A stretch of 64,000 nt of DNA from Octopus vulgaris (GCA_951406725.2 OX597826.1:57722001-57786000); one strand, 5' to 3'; shown: positions 1-11,329, numbered from the stretch's first letter. Notes: generated by a model not told the origin, from the letters alone. Program-made: numbers and translations.

Positions 1-897
1 GGATCATAGCTAAAATTACTGAATAACAAAAATATATACTTTAAAATTTCAATCTCATATTCATGTCATAATTATAATTAAAATATACTTTATGGCACAT
101 TTCACTGAACCTAGATTTTATTTGTTATTTATTTATTTGTTTGCTTTTTTTACTTGATATAAAAGTAATTTTGAATATATCAGTCAATAAGAAAATAATA
201 GTTATGTTTTTGTTGTATAAATGCTTTTAAAATGATTTTCAGTTTTATCTCAGAATATAAGCATCTGAGTAAATTTTAAGACAGAATCAGTAGTAACAGT
301 AGATTCAGACTTGTACAGTACTAACAATAAATTTCTCTCTATTTTCACCACTTGTGGTTGCAGCTCATTGAGGAAAAAAACATGTTTAAAAATAGAAAAC
401 AAAAGAATCAAGGAAAAATTTATTATAGTACATACATGGTATTTGTAACATTTTATATACATTAATGGTAGGAGGGGAAAAAAATCAGGTTACATACAGT
501 ATTTTATATAAACAAGATATATTGAATGTTGACAACTGGAGGTTGTTTTAAGACAACTTCAGGCAACATGAAAGAAGATAAATTGTGTGTTAAGCATCAA
601 AATCTTACAAAAATCAATCAGATTAAAAATAGAGAATATATATCTTTTCAATCACAGTCTTTAGTTTATCAATAGTTTAGCACTTCTAACAATACAATAC
701 CTTGCAATTTAAAGTTAAAATGTCGATAATTGTCAGACATTTTTATTATCTGTGCTAATTTTATGGCATTACTACCTAAAACATTAGTATGTTTATTAAG
801 AAATTAAAAGAAGTGAAAGTCATTAAGTTATACAATTAAAGTTTGAAAATAATAGTCTTTTTATGAGGAAAAAACAAAATAATCTGTATATATATAT

Positions 898-1018
898 GCT
901 TACGGCCATATCACGTTGAAAGCACCGGTTCTCGTCTGATCACCGAAGTTAAGTAACATCGAGCCTAGTTAGTACTTAAATGGGTGATTGCTTGGGAAAC
1001 CTTGGTGCTGTAAGCATT
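898..1018 (+). rRNA. 5S rRNA: 5S rRNA-like copy, full length but diverged; probably a retropseudogene or SINE head rather than a functional 5S gene
   Basis: GCTTACGGCCATATCACGTTGAAAGCACCGGTTCTCGTCTGATCACCGAAGTTAAG...GTTAGTACTT..ATGGGTGA..GCTTGGGAA...GGTGCTGTAAGCATT is ~120 nt and its 5' and 3' ends pair (GCTTACGGC/GCTGTAAGC). Box C looks mutated (TAAATGGG vs the usual TGGATGGG). It is a solitary copy with no oligo-T terminator directly after it. Confidence 0.8.
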
Positions 1019-1088
1019 CCTCATTCAGCGGTGGTGCCCCAGCATGGCCGTGGCCTTCGGGCTAAAACATTTTTAAGGATTTAAGGAT
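898..1088 (+). mobile_element. Candidate 5S-derived SINE (SINE3-like): 5S head + CR1-type LINE tail + (TTTAAGGA)2 terminal repeat
   Basis: 1029-1069 GGTGGTGCCCCAGCATGGCCGTGGCCTTCGGGCTAAAACA matches the tail of SINE A and the LINE end at 22645-22720. Both flanks are TATA-like. Confidence 0.65.
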
Positions 1089-1195
1089 ATAGCAAATTAG
1101 AGAGACTGTATATTGCCACTCAATCAACTTGAAATGGTCATCATATACTCTCTGAAATCACACCCTACTATTTTTAAAATGAAGGGCTACATTAA

Positions 1196-1630
1196 CCCTT
1201 TAGCATTTAAACCTGCCATATCCAGCCCACTTAGTCTCCCTGTTTTATGTTCAAACCAGCCAGATCAGGCCTTTTACATCATCCCTACAATGTTGTTCTA
1301 AAAATAATTATCTATTTCTTTACTACCCACAAGGGGCTAAACACAGAGGGGACAAACAAGGACAGACAAACGGATTAAGTCAATTACATCGACCCCAGTC
1401 CGTAATTGGTACTTAGTTTATCGACCCCGAAAGGATGAAAGGCAAAGTCGACCTTGGCGGAATTTGAACTCAGAACGTAACGGCAGATGAAATACGGCTA
1501 CGCATTTCGCCCAGTGTGCTAACGTTTCTGCCATAAATACCGAAGCTATGAGACAATGCAAATTTAATTCAAAACATTGTTAATAAATAAGTATTACATC
1601 TGACAAAGTAATCTGAATACTAATAGTGTA
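1196..1630. mobile_element. piggyBac-type MITE interrupted by SINE B
   Basis: Left end TTAA|CCCTTTAGCATT; degenerate right end CTGAATACTAATAGTGTAA approximates AATGCTAAAGGG|TTAA. Confidence 0.55.
1311..1533 (-). mobile_element. tRNA-derived SINE B
   Basis: Near-identical to 23971-24193. B-box-like GAGTTCAAATTCC and central GTCGACTTTGCCTTTCATCCTTTCGGGGTCGATAA on the minus strand. Confidence 0.85.
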
Positions 1631-2431
1631 ATCTGAGATATACAAACAGATGAGATAGTCACAGCTAGAAAGCCTTTTAAAATATATGTTTGATCAGGAC
1701 CGACTTAGGGTTAAATAACAACAACAACATTAACAATTGTATACCTACAGCAACAGCTGGCTATGTTGATTGTGTTAGAAGCAACTTGGCAAAGGAGTCG
1801 ATAATTCCTATTCTGTGATGAAAGATGTGCTATATCACTGAGAACTACATTCAACTCTAAATGACCTGATCCACATAGCTATAAATAGGTACCATTGATA
1901 TGAATGTACAATACGCTCCTATAAGTAGCGGAGGTACAATATAGTACTTTACTAGGTTTGTAAATCATGTGTAAATCTTTATATATGCTAAATAACTTTG
2001 CTAACTCTAGTTTAGTAAGAATATTGTTGCCAAAGAATAACCTCTACAGTACTCATAATATACAATGCCTGATAGAAATTGCAAGAAATCAACACTAATC
2101 TTGCCATTAAAGAAAAAGAAAAAAAGAGAGAAGAAAAGAAAAGCTTCTCTTTCAGCCATTATCAAAATGGCTGATGTCTTATATAAAAGCTTTTAAAGTG
2201 ATTCAACACTTTATCTTCAAAAATCAACACCACAGGAATTTAAAGCAGACCTAGTAGCAACTATAAATTTAGATTTGCTTGTTGTTACTATGATCAAAGT
2301 AATATACTAGGAATAAAGCTGTTTGTATTATTTCTTTCTCATATTTTGACACTCATTGACACAAAGATTTAAAAAAAAAAAAAAAAAGCAATGCTCGTTT
2401 ATGTCAAATCGTTATTGTTATCATCGTTAAA

Positions 2432-2685
2432 GTGGAGAACTGGCAGAACTAATTAGAGTATCAGAGAACAATTTCGGATTGATTTTTTGCAGAAATATTG
2501 CCAAAAAACAGATATATTAGCCATATTTCTTCCCATTACATTCTGAGTTCAAATTCTTCCAAGGTTGGCTTTGTCTTCCATCCTTACAGGGTTGATAAAA
2601 TAAATACTAGTTGAACACTGGGACAGATGTAATCAACTTAACCCTTGCCCAAAATTTGCTGGATTTGCTCTAAAATTTGAAATCA
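2432..2685 (+). mobile_element. SINE B older subfamily (tail ...AAAATTTGAAAYC)
   Basis: CTGGCAGAA...CTGAGTTCAAATTC..CCAAGGTTGGCTTTGTCTTCCATCCTT..GGGTTGATAAAATAAATAC; same layout as 42863-43080. Confidence 0.7.
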
Positions 2686-3399
2686 CAATCATCATCATCA
2701 TCATCATCATCATCATTGTCACTGTAGTTTTAGCACAATTTTTTTTTCCATACTGACTTACACTGAATAAGGTTTATTTTACAAAATTTCTCCTGACTTC
2801 TTGACTCTGTTCCATCCTGTTTGCGAGAGGCCAATAGTCTCAGGCCTACACTAACTTTTTGCATGAGCTACTTGGTAACAATATATTAAGGAAACACAAG
2901 ACTTCTTTTGTCTATATTCCTCACAAGCATATTCCATTATTACTTCACAGCACATTTCCATTCATGGGATAATATGCATATAAGAGAGTTTGGGGATGTG
3001 TGTGTGCATGTGTATGTAAGAAAAAACAAAAACGTGTGTGAGAGAGAGAGAGAAAGAGAGAGAGAAAATGTGTGTATAAGAGAAAGGATGAGAATAAGTA
3101 TATATGTTATATGTGTGAGCGAGAAAGAGTGAAAGTATATATGAGAATGTGAGGAGATCACGTGTGCATGTGTGTGTGTGTATGTCAGCTTTGAGAGTAT
3201 GTATGTGCTTGCAAGGGAGAGAGCATCCATGTGAGTAAGAGAGTGAGAAAGCATATATCACATGTTTGTGTTTGAGTGTATGTGTGCATGCACATGCATG
3301 CATGCGTGAGAAATTGGTAGTGTCAGTGAATGTATATGAGGGAATGAGAATGTATGTGTACAGATGGAAGTAGTACTCGTGTTTGAACATACTCTCATT

Positions 3400-3650
3400 G
3401 TTATTTTAATGTGTTTTTCCTTCCTGCATGAAAAAAAAAAGTCGTGTGTCTTGTCTGTAAGGCCTAACTATCTTAGATCTGACCTCACCACCTCTTCCAA
3501 TGTCTTCCTTGGTTTTTCCTTTGCCAAGGGTGTTTTCCACTGCTAGCACGTCAGCTTTTCACCCAGCAGGTGTCGATTATACACATTACATGTCTGTACC
3601 AGTACAACCACCTTTCCTGCACACACCAACTAATGCCTTGTCATCTCTCG
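3400..3650 (-). mobile_element. RTE-clade LINE 3' fragment
   Basis: Frameshifted minus-strand translation VQERWLYWYRHVM...GKGKPRKTLEEVVRSDLR*LGLT resembles the RTE C-terminus (RLRWYGHV...RGRPRKTW). Confidence 0.7.
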
Positions 3651-4863
3651 TGCACTCCATCTTTCATACAAGTTTGTATTATCAGAATGAATGCCAGAAA
3701 AATATAAAAGTTAACAAATTCAAGTTCAATTTACAAGTAAACATTATTCAAACCTGTTTTTCAATGTGTGGGGAAACTAACGATTCAACATAATGACTTA
3801 ACTATTAGGCTATGTTACCTCCTTTTGGTTTCTATTAACTATTAAAAACTTGCAGATAATTTTGCAAATTAGTCTTGACAGTGCAAAAAAAAATAAATAA
3901 ATATAAAACAAAATAACACTCTAAAAAAAATTCCAAAATCTCCTCTTTGAATTTCCTCAAAATATGTTTTTGTTATTAAAAAAAAAGTGCATTGTTGCCA
4001 CTCTCCACCACTTTCTTATTCCCCTCCTCTCCATCATCATCATTCTCCTCCTCCTCATCATCATCATCATTGCCATCCTTATCACAAACCTTATTGCTTT
4101 TTCAACATTATTCATTTTCTTTATAGCCATTAATTATAAATAATGATCATGTTAAAGAAAGGGGGCGGAGCAAAACAGAGAAAGAAAAGAACATAATAAA
4201 GAAAATGGCAAAATGCTGTAGTTGGCATCCAACAAAGCTTACCACACCTCTGTCTGATAATGATGACATTATGAAAGTTTTAAAATTGGATTATAACATT
4301 ATATCACAGGAAAAGCTATTGGCTAGGTTCAGAGGTTGGAAAGAAACTTTTTTGTCTACCTAATGGACACACATCCTCAATCAATTTCCTAAATTTCTTT
4401 GGGGAAATCCTGACAGCTACCATAAATAAATAAATAAACGACTGACTGAATGACTGAATGAATAAATAAATAAATAAATGCATAAATAAATTATTAAATT
4501 CTTCTTCATGCAGGCAAATACCTAAAAAAATATTCCAGCAAGTTATACTTCTTTAATGAAAGCAGAGCATTTTTTTCCAATCCTTCTCTATGCTTTCCCA
4601 TCACCCTATCAACACCTCATTCTGTTTATCACAAAACTACACCCCTACCCAAGGTTTCTGCTACACCACTAACAAGGCTGGATCTATTGCAACCACTTTA
4701 TTCCTTGGTGCCAAGTGAAGCGATATTGAGTTATCTTCCCTCCTACCATTATTAGCAAGCAAAAACTGGAGGAGAGTAATGAATTAATTTCGGCAGTTTT
4801 TGCAAAGGTCTCTCAGCTTTAGTCTTCTTCCACCTCCAAGACAATGAATACTTCATAGCTCCT

Positions 4864-5581
4864 CACACACACACACACACACACACAAAACTTCCACCAC
4901 TAAAACAATGATTACTCCACAACCATACATATAATTTCCACCTTCAAAACAAAAGTTACCCTACACATACACACACACACAGGCGCAGGAGTGGCTGTGT
5001 GGTAAGCAGCTTGCTAGCCAACCACATGGTTCCGGGTTCAGTCCCACTGCGTGGCATCTTGGGCAAGTGTCTTCTGCTATAGCCCCGGGCCGACCAATGC
5101 CTTGTGAGTGGATTTGGTAGACGGAAACTGAAAGAAGCCTGTTGTATATATATACATATATATATATATATATGTTTGTGTGTCTGTGTTTGTCCCCCTA
5201 GCATTGCTTGACAACCGATGCTGGTGTGTTTACGTCCCCGTCACTTAGCGGTTCGGCAAAAGAGACCGATAGAATAAGTACTGGGCTTACAAAGAATAAG
5301 TCCTGGGGTCGATTTGTTCGACTAAAGGTGGTGCTCCAGCATGGCCGCAGTCAAATGACTGAAACAAGTAAAAGAGTAAAAGAGTAAAAGAGAGTATAGA
5401 CACACGCACAAACACAACTTCCACTTCCAAAACAACGAATACTCCACAACTAGACACAAAACTTCTACCTGCAAAAAATACTCCATAACCAACCATTCAC
5501 ATAACTTCCATTACAAGAACAATGATTACAACTACATAAACACACACACATACACACACACATACGCACAAAACTTCCACT
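4864..5581 (+). repeat. Degenerate ~40-bp minisatellite with (CA)n tracts, interrupted by SINE A
   Basis: Recurring ACACAAAACTTCCAC..CAAAACAATGATTACTCCACAAC units on both sides of the SINE. Confidence 0.6.
4982..5395 (+). mobile_element. tRNA-derived CORE-like SINE A, full length
   Basis: A box TGGCTGTGTGG, B box GGTTCAGTCCC, CORE-like CTTGGGCAAGTG, internal (TA)n/(TG)n and (GTAAAAGA)n tail; more than 10 copies in the window. Confidence 0.9.
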
Positions 5582-6371
5582 TTATATTCAGCATGTTAGT
5601 AAAACAGAAAATCTGAAGCTAAGTATGGAAGAGACAGGTGTTTATTAATAAGCAAAAGCATTATCGAATCTCCATCAGGTATTAATTAAATTTTAATGAA
5701 GGAAAGTAAATAAATGGCTTACATCCAAAGAAAACATATAAACCAGTTCCTGTCTCTTTAGAAGCAGCAGAATATTCTGTATCAAAACGACATGATTAAA
5801 TGATAAGTGTATACTGAAACTACTTGTCACTGCTACCATAATGGTAAAATAAATCAGACTTTGATAAATTTACAAACATTTTATATGGAAATAAATAGAA
5901 TAAAATAAAGGAAAGATAAACAGTTTTAGAAAACTTCACTTGAAGCTTTGGTGAGCTAATGAAGGAGACTCTCTTAGTGGATGTTGAATCTGCTAGAAAT
6001 AGCAACCAAGTCTTGCTTAAATTGCAGTCTCCCTCTTTTACTCTTAAATATAGAAAAGAACCAGATAATGTTGTCCAAGATATTCCCAAAGAGTATCTCA
6101 TCAGCAACTGAACACAGCAGATCTTCCATTTTGTTTATAAACAAACTGTAAGTAGAGGTAGATTTTGGCTGCTATTTCTAGCACATGAAGCAAGTGCATT
6201 AGGCATTCTCTTTGATTTGGTGAACATGCAGGTTAATGGAGATATATTGTGTTTAAAAACAAAATGGGAATAGAAAGGACCTTTGATTGTAAGTCTACTG
6301 GATCAGGGATAACGTGGTTAGATAGCAAAAACACAAGTATAAAAGCATATGTGAGAATCTTGCCATTGTTT

Positions 6372-6635
6372 CATCATCATCATCATCATTTAGTGTCCGC
6401 TTTCCATGCTAGAATGGGTTGGACGGTTTAACTGGGGTCTGGGAGGCCAGAAGGCTGCATCAGGCCCAGTCTGATCTGGCAATGTTTCTACGGCTGGATG
6501 CCCTTCCTAACGCCAACCACTCCATGAGTGTAGTGGGTGTTTTTTACATGTCACCGGCACAAGTGCCAGACGGGGCTGGCAAACGGCCATGGTTGGATTG
6601 TGCTTTTTACGTGCCATCAGCACAGGGGCCAGGCG
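6372..6635 (-). mobile_element. SINE C (RTE-type tail, (GAT)n end)
   Basis: Minus strand reads GGCGTTAGGAAGGGCATCCAGCCGTAGAAAC...GCATGGAAAGCGGAC..TAAATGATGATG. Confidence 0.8.
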
Positions 6636-6640
6636 AGTGT

Positions 6641-6783
6641 TTAGCTGTAGAAACTCTGCCAAATCAAGATTGGAGCCTGGTGCAGCCATCTGGTTCACCA
6701 GCCCTCAGTCAAAATCGTCCAACCTATGCTAGCATGGAAAGCAGACGTTAAACGATGATGATGATGATAATGATGATGATGAG
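6641..6783 (+). mobile_element. SINE C 3' half, opposite orientation to the adjacent copy
   Basis: AGCTGTAGAAACTCTGCC...CCTATGCTAGCATGGAAAGCAGACGTTAAACGATGATG. Confidence 0.8.
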
Positions 6784-7083
6784 TGATGGAAGAATACCAA
6801 AAGGGACATGAACAGTGGGGAAGCTGGCAAAGATGCTTTTAAAAGATAATCTAAAATGTAACTAAAGACTTGTGAAACTGATGGTAGTCCAGAGTGAGAA
6901 ATTGTAGGTGTGGAGAGACCAACTTCAATACAGAATGGTTACAAAGTAAGGGCTAAAGAAAAGTTGAAGATGAGCAGTTTTATTAAATAACTTAGTGTTT
7001 AGATTTTCCAATTATTGATTTTTGTCTTCTAACTGAAGCACAGAAAGTCTTTGATATAACTAAATAGTTATGTTTATTTAATA

Positions 7084-7468
7084 CTAGCAGTATCGCCCGG
7101 CGTTGCTCAGGTTTGTAAGGGAAATAACTATAAAGCATTTTTAGAGAGTTATAGCCAAAAAATAGCAAAAAAATGGAAAAAAATGATGGTAAAGTTTTTT
7201 TGAGAGTTAAAAAAGGATGGAGTTGCGTTCCCTAGACAGTTTGTGGTTCGTGTTTCTGATTCTCGACCCCATGTCGAATTTATCGAGTTTTTTCAGAACT
7301 GGGGGAACTTTTCAAAATTTTCGCTGCATTAGTTTTGAATTATGACATTGGGCTATGTGTGTGTCAAGTTTCATCAGAATCGGTTGAAAGCCGTGGTCAG
7401 GGTGAGGGTACAAGCAAACAGACACACAGAAACACGCACAGACAAACTGCCGTTTATATATAGAGAGA
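7084..7468 (-). mobile_element. Non-autonomous Helitron
   Basis: Minus strand starts 5'-TCTCTCTATATATAAA and ends with the GC-rich hairpin CCTGAGCAACGCCGGG followed by CTAG-3'. It is inserted between A and T with no TSD. Confidence 0.85.
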
Positions 7469-8364
7469 TTTCCAACAATATATTGGTTTAACTTTAACTT
7501 TTCTTCTCTTGGTTAAAAAAAACTATGCATTTTACATGCTGCTTCTATTCCACACTCCAGCTCTCTCTCTCTCTCTCTCTTTCTCAGACACACGCACAAA
7601 CATACGTCTTTACTTTTTACTTTCCTCTATATTCGTTTGTTTATCTGGTCAGCCATCAATACAAAGAGAAGAAACTTCAACACGCTCAGCTAAGATTACG
7701 ATTCTGCTTTTCTTTTTTTGCAATATTAAACTATTGCTATTGATTATTATCAATTATTTGATTATTGATAAATTTCCTGCAAAACCCTTGTTTTAACTTT
7801 TCTTCTCTTTAAGTTCAACTCGTGTAATTTACCTTTAATGTACCTACTCACCACATGTTTCTGCAAAGCCAACTATGATGCACATCTTTCTATGTATATT
7901 TAGTGGTATCATGGCACCATGGCACCAACTTCATTCTGAAACTTCCCCCATAAAATTTCTACTTCTATACTTGCATCTCTACAACTTTCATATGCTCATC
8001 TGAGCACAATATATTATATTACTGATATATGAAAATACACAATCATTAAAAAATCTGACAAATTCATAGTCCAAAATGGTTCCAGTCCCAAGTATCTTGG
8101 ATAAAGGTTTATCAGTTGCTTACTCTAAGAAAGTTGATCTCCTTATAAAAATTACAGATACATCAAACAGACATTCACCTTCCAATATTTGTTTATGATA
8201 ATGTATTGCTTGCTGAATGCTTTGTAGAATTTTCTATGATTAACACTGGTGCAAAAAAATACCACAAGCTAAACTCGGTACATGAAAGGCAAAAAGGTGT
8301 CTAAAATGTGTCTGTCATTCTTGTGAATCACAGCAGCAATGATATTCAGCTTGCTCTGATATAT

Positions 8365-8503
8365 ACTCTTTTACTCTTTTACTTGTTTCAGTCATTTGAC
8401 TGTGGCCATGCTGGAGCACCACTTTTAGTCGAGCAAATCGACCCCGGGACTTATTATTTGTAAGCCCAGTACTTATTCTATCGGTCTGTTTTGCCGAACC
8501 GCT
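8365..8503 (-). mobile_element. SINE A, 5'-truncated
   Basis: 3' 140 bp of the SINE A consensus. Confidence 0.9.
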
Positions 8504-8808
8504 ATAAATTTTTTAACACAACATCTCTATAGAGAGATTTCAGTGTTTCATGATTTTCTATGTATACTTAGTATGGTACTCAGATGGTAATTTTAATTTA
8601 ATGCTGTTTCAATAGCATATATCAAGATTTCTGCAGTCTGTTATACCAGCAAATGTTTTATTCAGTTTCTTAATTATATCAGAGCACGAATTTCTCTTAA
8701 GTAGGTGACAATCAAGTGCAGGGCATTGAAAAGCCTCAACAGAACTGAAATGATTCTATCATTCTTGTGAGTCACTGAAACAACAGTGTTTGTCTAGCTC
8801 TGATATAT

Positions 8809-9215
8809 ACTCTGTTTCAGTCATTTAACTGCGGCCATGCTGGAGCACCACCTTTAGTCGAGCAAATCGACCCCAGGACTTATTCTTTGGAAGCCCAGTA
8901 CTTATTCTATCGGTCTCTTTTTGCCGAACCGCTAAGTGATGGGGATGTAAACACACCAGCATCGGTTGTCAAGCAATGCTAGGGGGTCAAACACAGACAC
9001 ACAAACATACACACACATAAATATATATATATATATATACATACATATATACGACGGGCTTCTTTCAGTTTCTGTCTACCAAATCCACTCACAAGGCTTT
9101 GGTCGGCTCGAGGCTATAGTAGAAGACACTTGCCCAACATGCCACACAGTGGGACTGAACCCGGAACCATGTGGCTTGTAAGCAAGCTACTTACCACACA
9201 GCCACTCCTGCGCCT
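8809..9215 (-). mobile_element. SINE A, full length
   Basis: Reverse complement of the 4982-5395 family. Confidence 0.9.
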
Positions 9216-9298
9216 ATCATGTTTTTAACATTAAGTCTATGAAGAGATTTTACCTCAGACAATACCACAGCTTCATGCTTTCTAACACATGTAAATTT

Positions 9299-9519
9299 AG
9301 TATGATACATAGACGGTGATCTCAAGTTAAGTCTTAAATACTGCGAAAAATGACACAAAATTTCCACATTCATCACTGATGCTTATTTCATCATCATCAT
9401 CATCATCATCATCATCGTTTATGATGATGAAATAAGCATCAGTGATGAATGTGGAAATTTTGTGTAATTTTTCGCAGTATTTAAAACTTAACTTGAGATC
9501 ACCGTCTATGTATCATACT
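9299..9519. repeat. Near-perfect inverted repeat: 99-bp arms, 23-nt loop
   Basis: 9299-9397 is the reverse complement of 9421-9519 with 2 mismatches (9333/9485 and 9352/9466). Confidence 0.95.
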
Positions 9520-10069
9520 TATTTATTACAACTAAATATAAATAAACAAATAATTATGTAATTCAAATGAAATGTTATATCTCAACAGCTAAGGATTTAA
9601 TTAGGTTTACTTCTAATCACTAATTAAGCTTTTTATTGATCATTATTTTAGCTGACACCTGCCTTTCTTTATAACTTCTTTAAGAGTGAACTTTTGTACT
9701 CCTTAACACTTTCTACAAAAATTGTTAATGTTGAAAATTCCTTTCAAGTTAGCAGCAGGTTAGCAACTGTTTAGTTCTTTCATTTTATATTTCTAACCAA
9801 AACATTGTTCCAAGAAAATTCCAAAATAATTATCAAGAACTTTGACTGGTTTTGTAACTTTTATGTTTATTAATACATGCCAGCAATGTCAGGAATATAA
9901 AATATGATTGTATTTTCTCTAAAAACTAATCACATTTAAATTTGGTGAAATGGATAAAATTAATAAAATGTGTTATTAGCCAATAATCAGCTGGAATGAA
10001 TAACAGAAGTGAGTACTGAAGAACTGTGCACAATACTGGATTTTCAGTTGAACTTGAGTGCATATAAAA

Positions 10070-10260
10070 CATCATCATCATTTAACGTCTGTTGCCCATG
10101 CTGGCATGGGTTGGATGGTTTGACCAGGGCTGGCAAGCTGGAAGGCTGCACCAGACTCTAATCTGATTTGGCATGGTTTCTATGGCTGGATGCCCTTCCT
10201 AATGCCGAACACTCTGAGAGTGTAATGAGTGCTTTTATGTGCCACTGGCTCTGGTGCCAT
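10070..10260 (-). mobile_element. SINE C 3' part
   Basis: (CAT)n TTTAACGTCTG..CCATGCTGGCATGGGTTGG...GGCTGGATGCCCTTCCTAATGCC. Confidence 0.8.
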
Positions 10261-10472
10261 TTGCATGACATCAGTATCTGCCACAACTGCGATTTTACAG
10301 TTGTGGCAGATATTTGCTCGTTAAAAATAAAACAGCAAGAAATATTGAAATTCATCAAAATTTTCCAAGAAAACTACAAAATGAAATAAACTCACTCGCA
10401 CATACATAAATACATTCACATACATGTACCATTATAATTCACTAATATAATTAATCAGAATTTTTCACTCAT

Positions 10473-10691
10473 ACTCTTTTACTCTCTTTTACTCTTTTAC
10501 TTGTTTCAGTCAGTTGACTGCGGCCATGCTGGAGCACCGCCTTTAGTCGAGCAACTCGACCCCGGGACTTATTCTTTGTAAGCCCAGTACTTATTCTATC
10601 AGTCTCTTTTGCTGAACCGCTAAGTGACGGGGATATAAACACACCAGCATCGGTTGTCAAACAATGCTAGGGGGACAAACACAGACACACA

Positions 10692-10743
<52 letters not shown>

Positions 10744-10908
10744 TACGATGGGCTTCTTTCAGTTTCCGTCTACCAAATCCACTCACAAGGCTTTGGTCGG
10801 CCCGAGGCTATAGTAGAAGGCATTTGCCCAAGGTGCAATGCAGTGGGACTGAACCTGGAACCATGTGGTTGGTAAGCAAGCTTCTTACCACATAGCCACT
10901 CCTGTGCC
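10473..10908 (-). mobile_element. SINE A, full length, with expanded (TA)n
   Basis: Matches the family consensus end to end. Confidence 0.9.
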
Positions 10909-11329
10909 TCATAGGTAACATTTTTAAATTACAGGTAAATGAAATAATAAATAGTAAATTTGAAAACAAAATATTTTATAAAATTAGATAATGTGTGCAC
11001 AAATTAAGTAATATTACATATTACTTTGAGGGAAAGTTGCAGCTTTACAGAAAGCACACTAGAAAGTCATTTCAATCAACTGTCCAGTGAGAGATTTCCT
11101 TCTCTGATGTTAATATTCTCTGCGCTGTCTCTTGTCACCATGAATTTCATTTATGGGGATCGGTTTTTGCCTTTCTTTCAACTGTTATATGTTTTTGGAT
11201 AAATAGTTTACCCTAAACTTCTGCTTAGAACTGAAGGTAGTAATACACTTTTGAGTCCCTCTTGACTTGGCATAAACAAAAAAAAAAATATTAACAGTAT
11301 TCATATTTACTTAATACCAAATCAGTTAG

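Larger units (their letters stand above)
1100..1729 (+). mobile_element. Old SINE (family D) ending in (CAA)n, split by a nested MITE and SINE B
   Basis: 3' end GATAGTCACAGCTAGAAAGCCTTT...GATCAGGACCGACTTAGGGTTAAATAACAACAACAAC. Related fragments occur near 5940-6070, 34805-35135 (-) and 61850-62050 (-). Confidence 0.45.

Noticed and set aside
2908-3390. Overlapping 74-142 aa ORFs
   Set aside because: Low-complexity (TG)/(GA) sequence with no domain or splice support.
4982-5055. SINE heads as tRNA genes
   Set aside because: A/B boxes are present, but I see no intact cloverleaf and the heads run into SINE bodies.
8966-9181. Recurrent MSSNARG...IHSQGFGRPEAIVEDTCPRC peptide family (also 10654, 40199, 58729)
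   Set aside because: They are antisense translations of SINE A copies, not a gene family.
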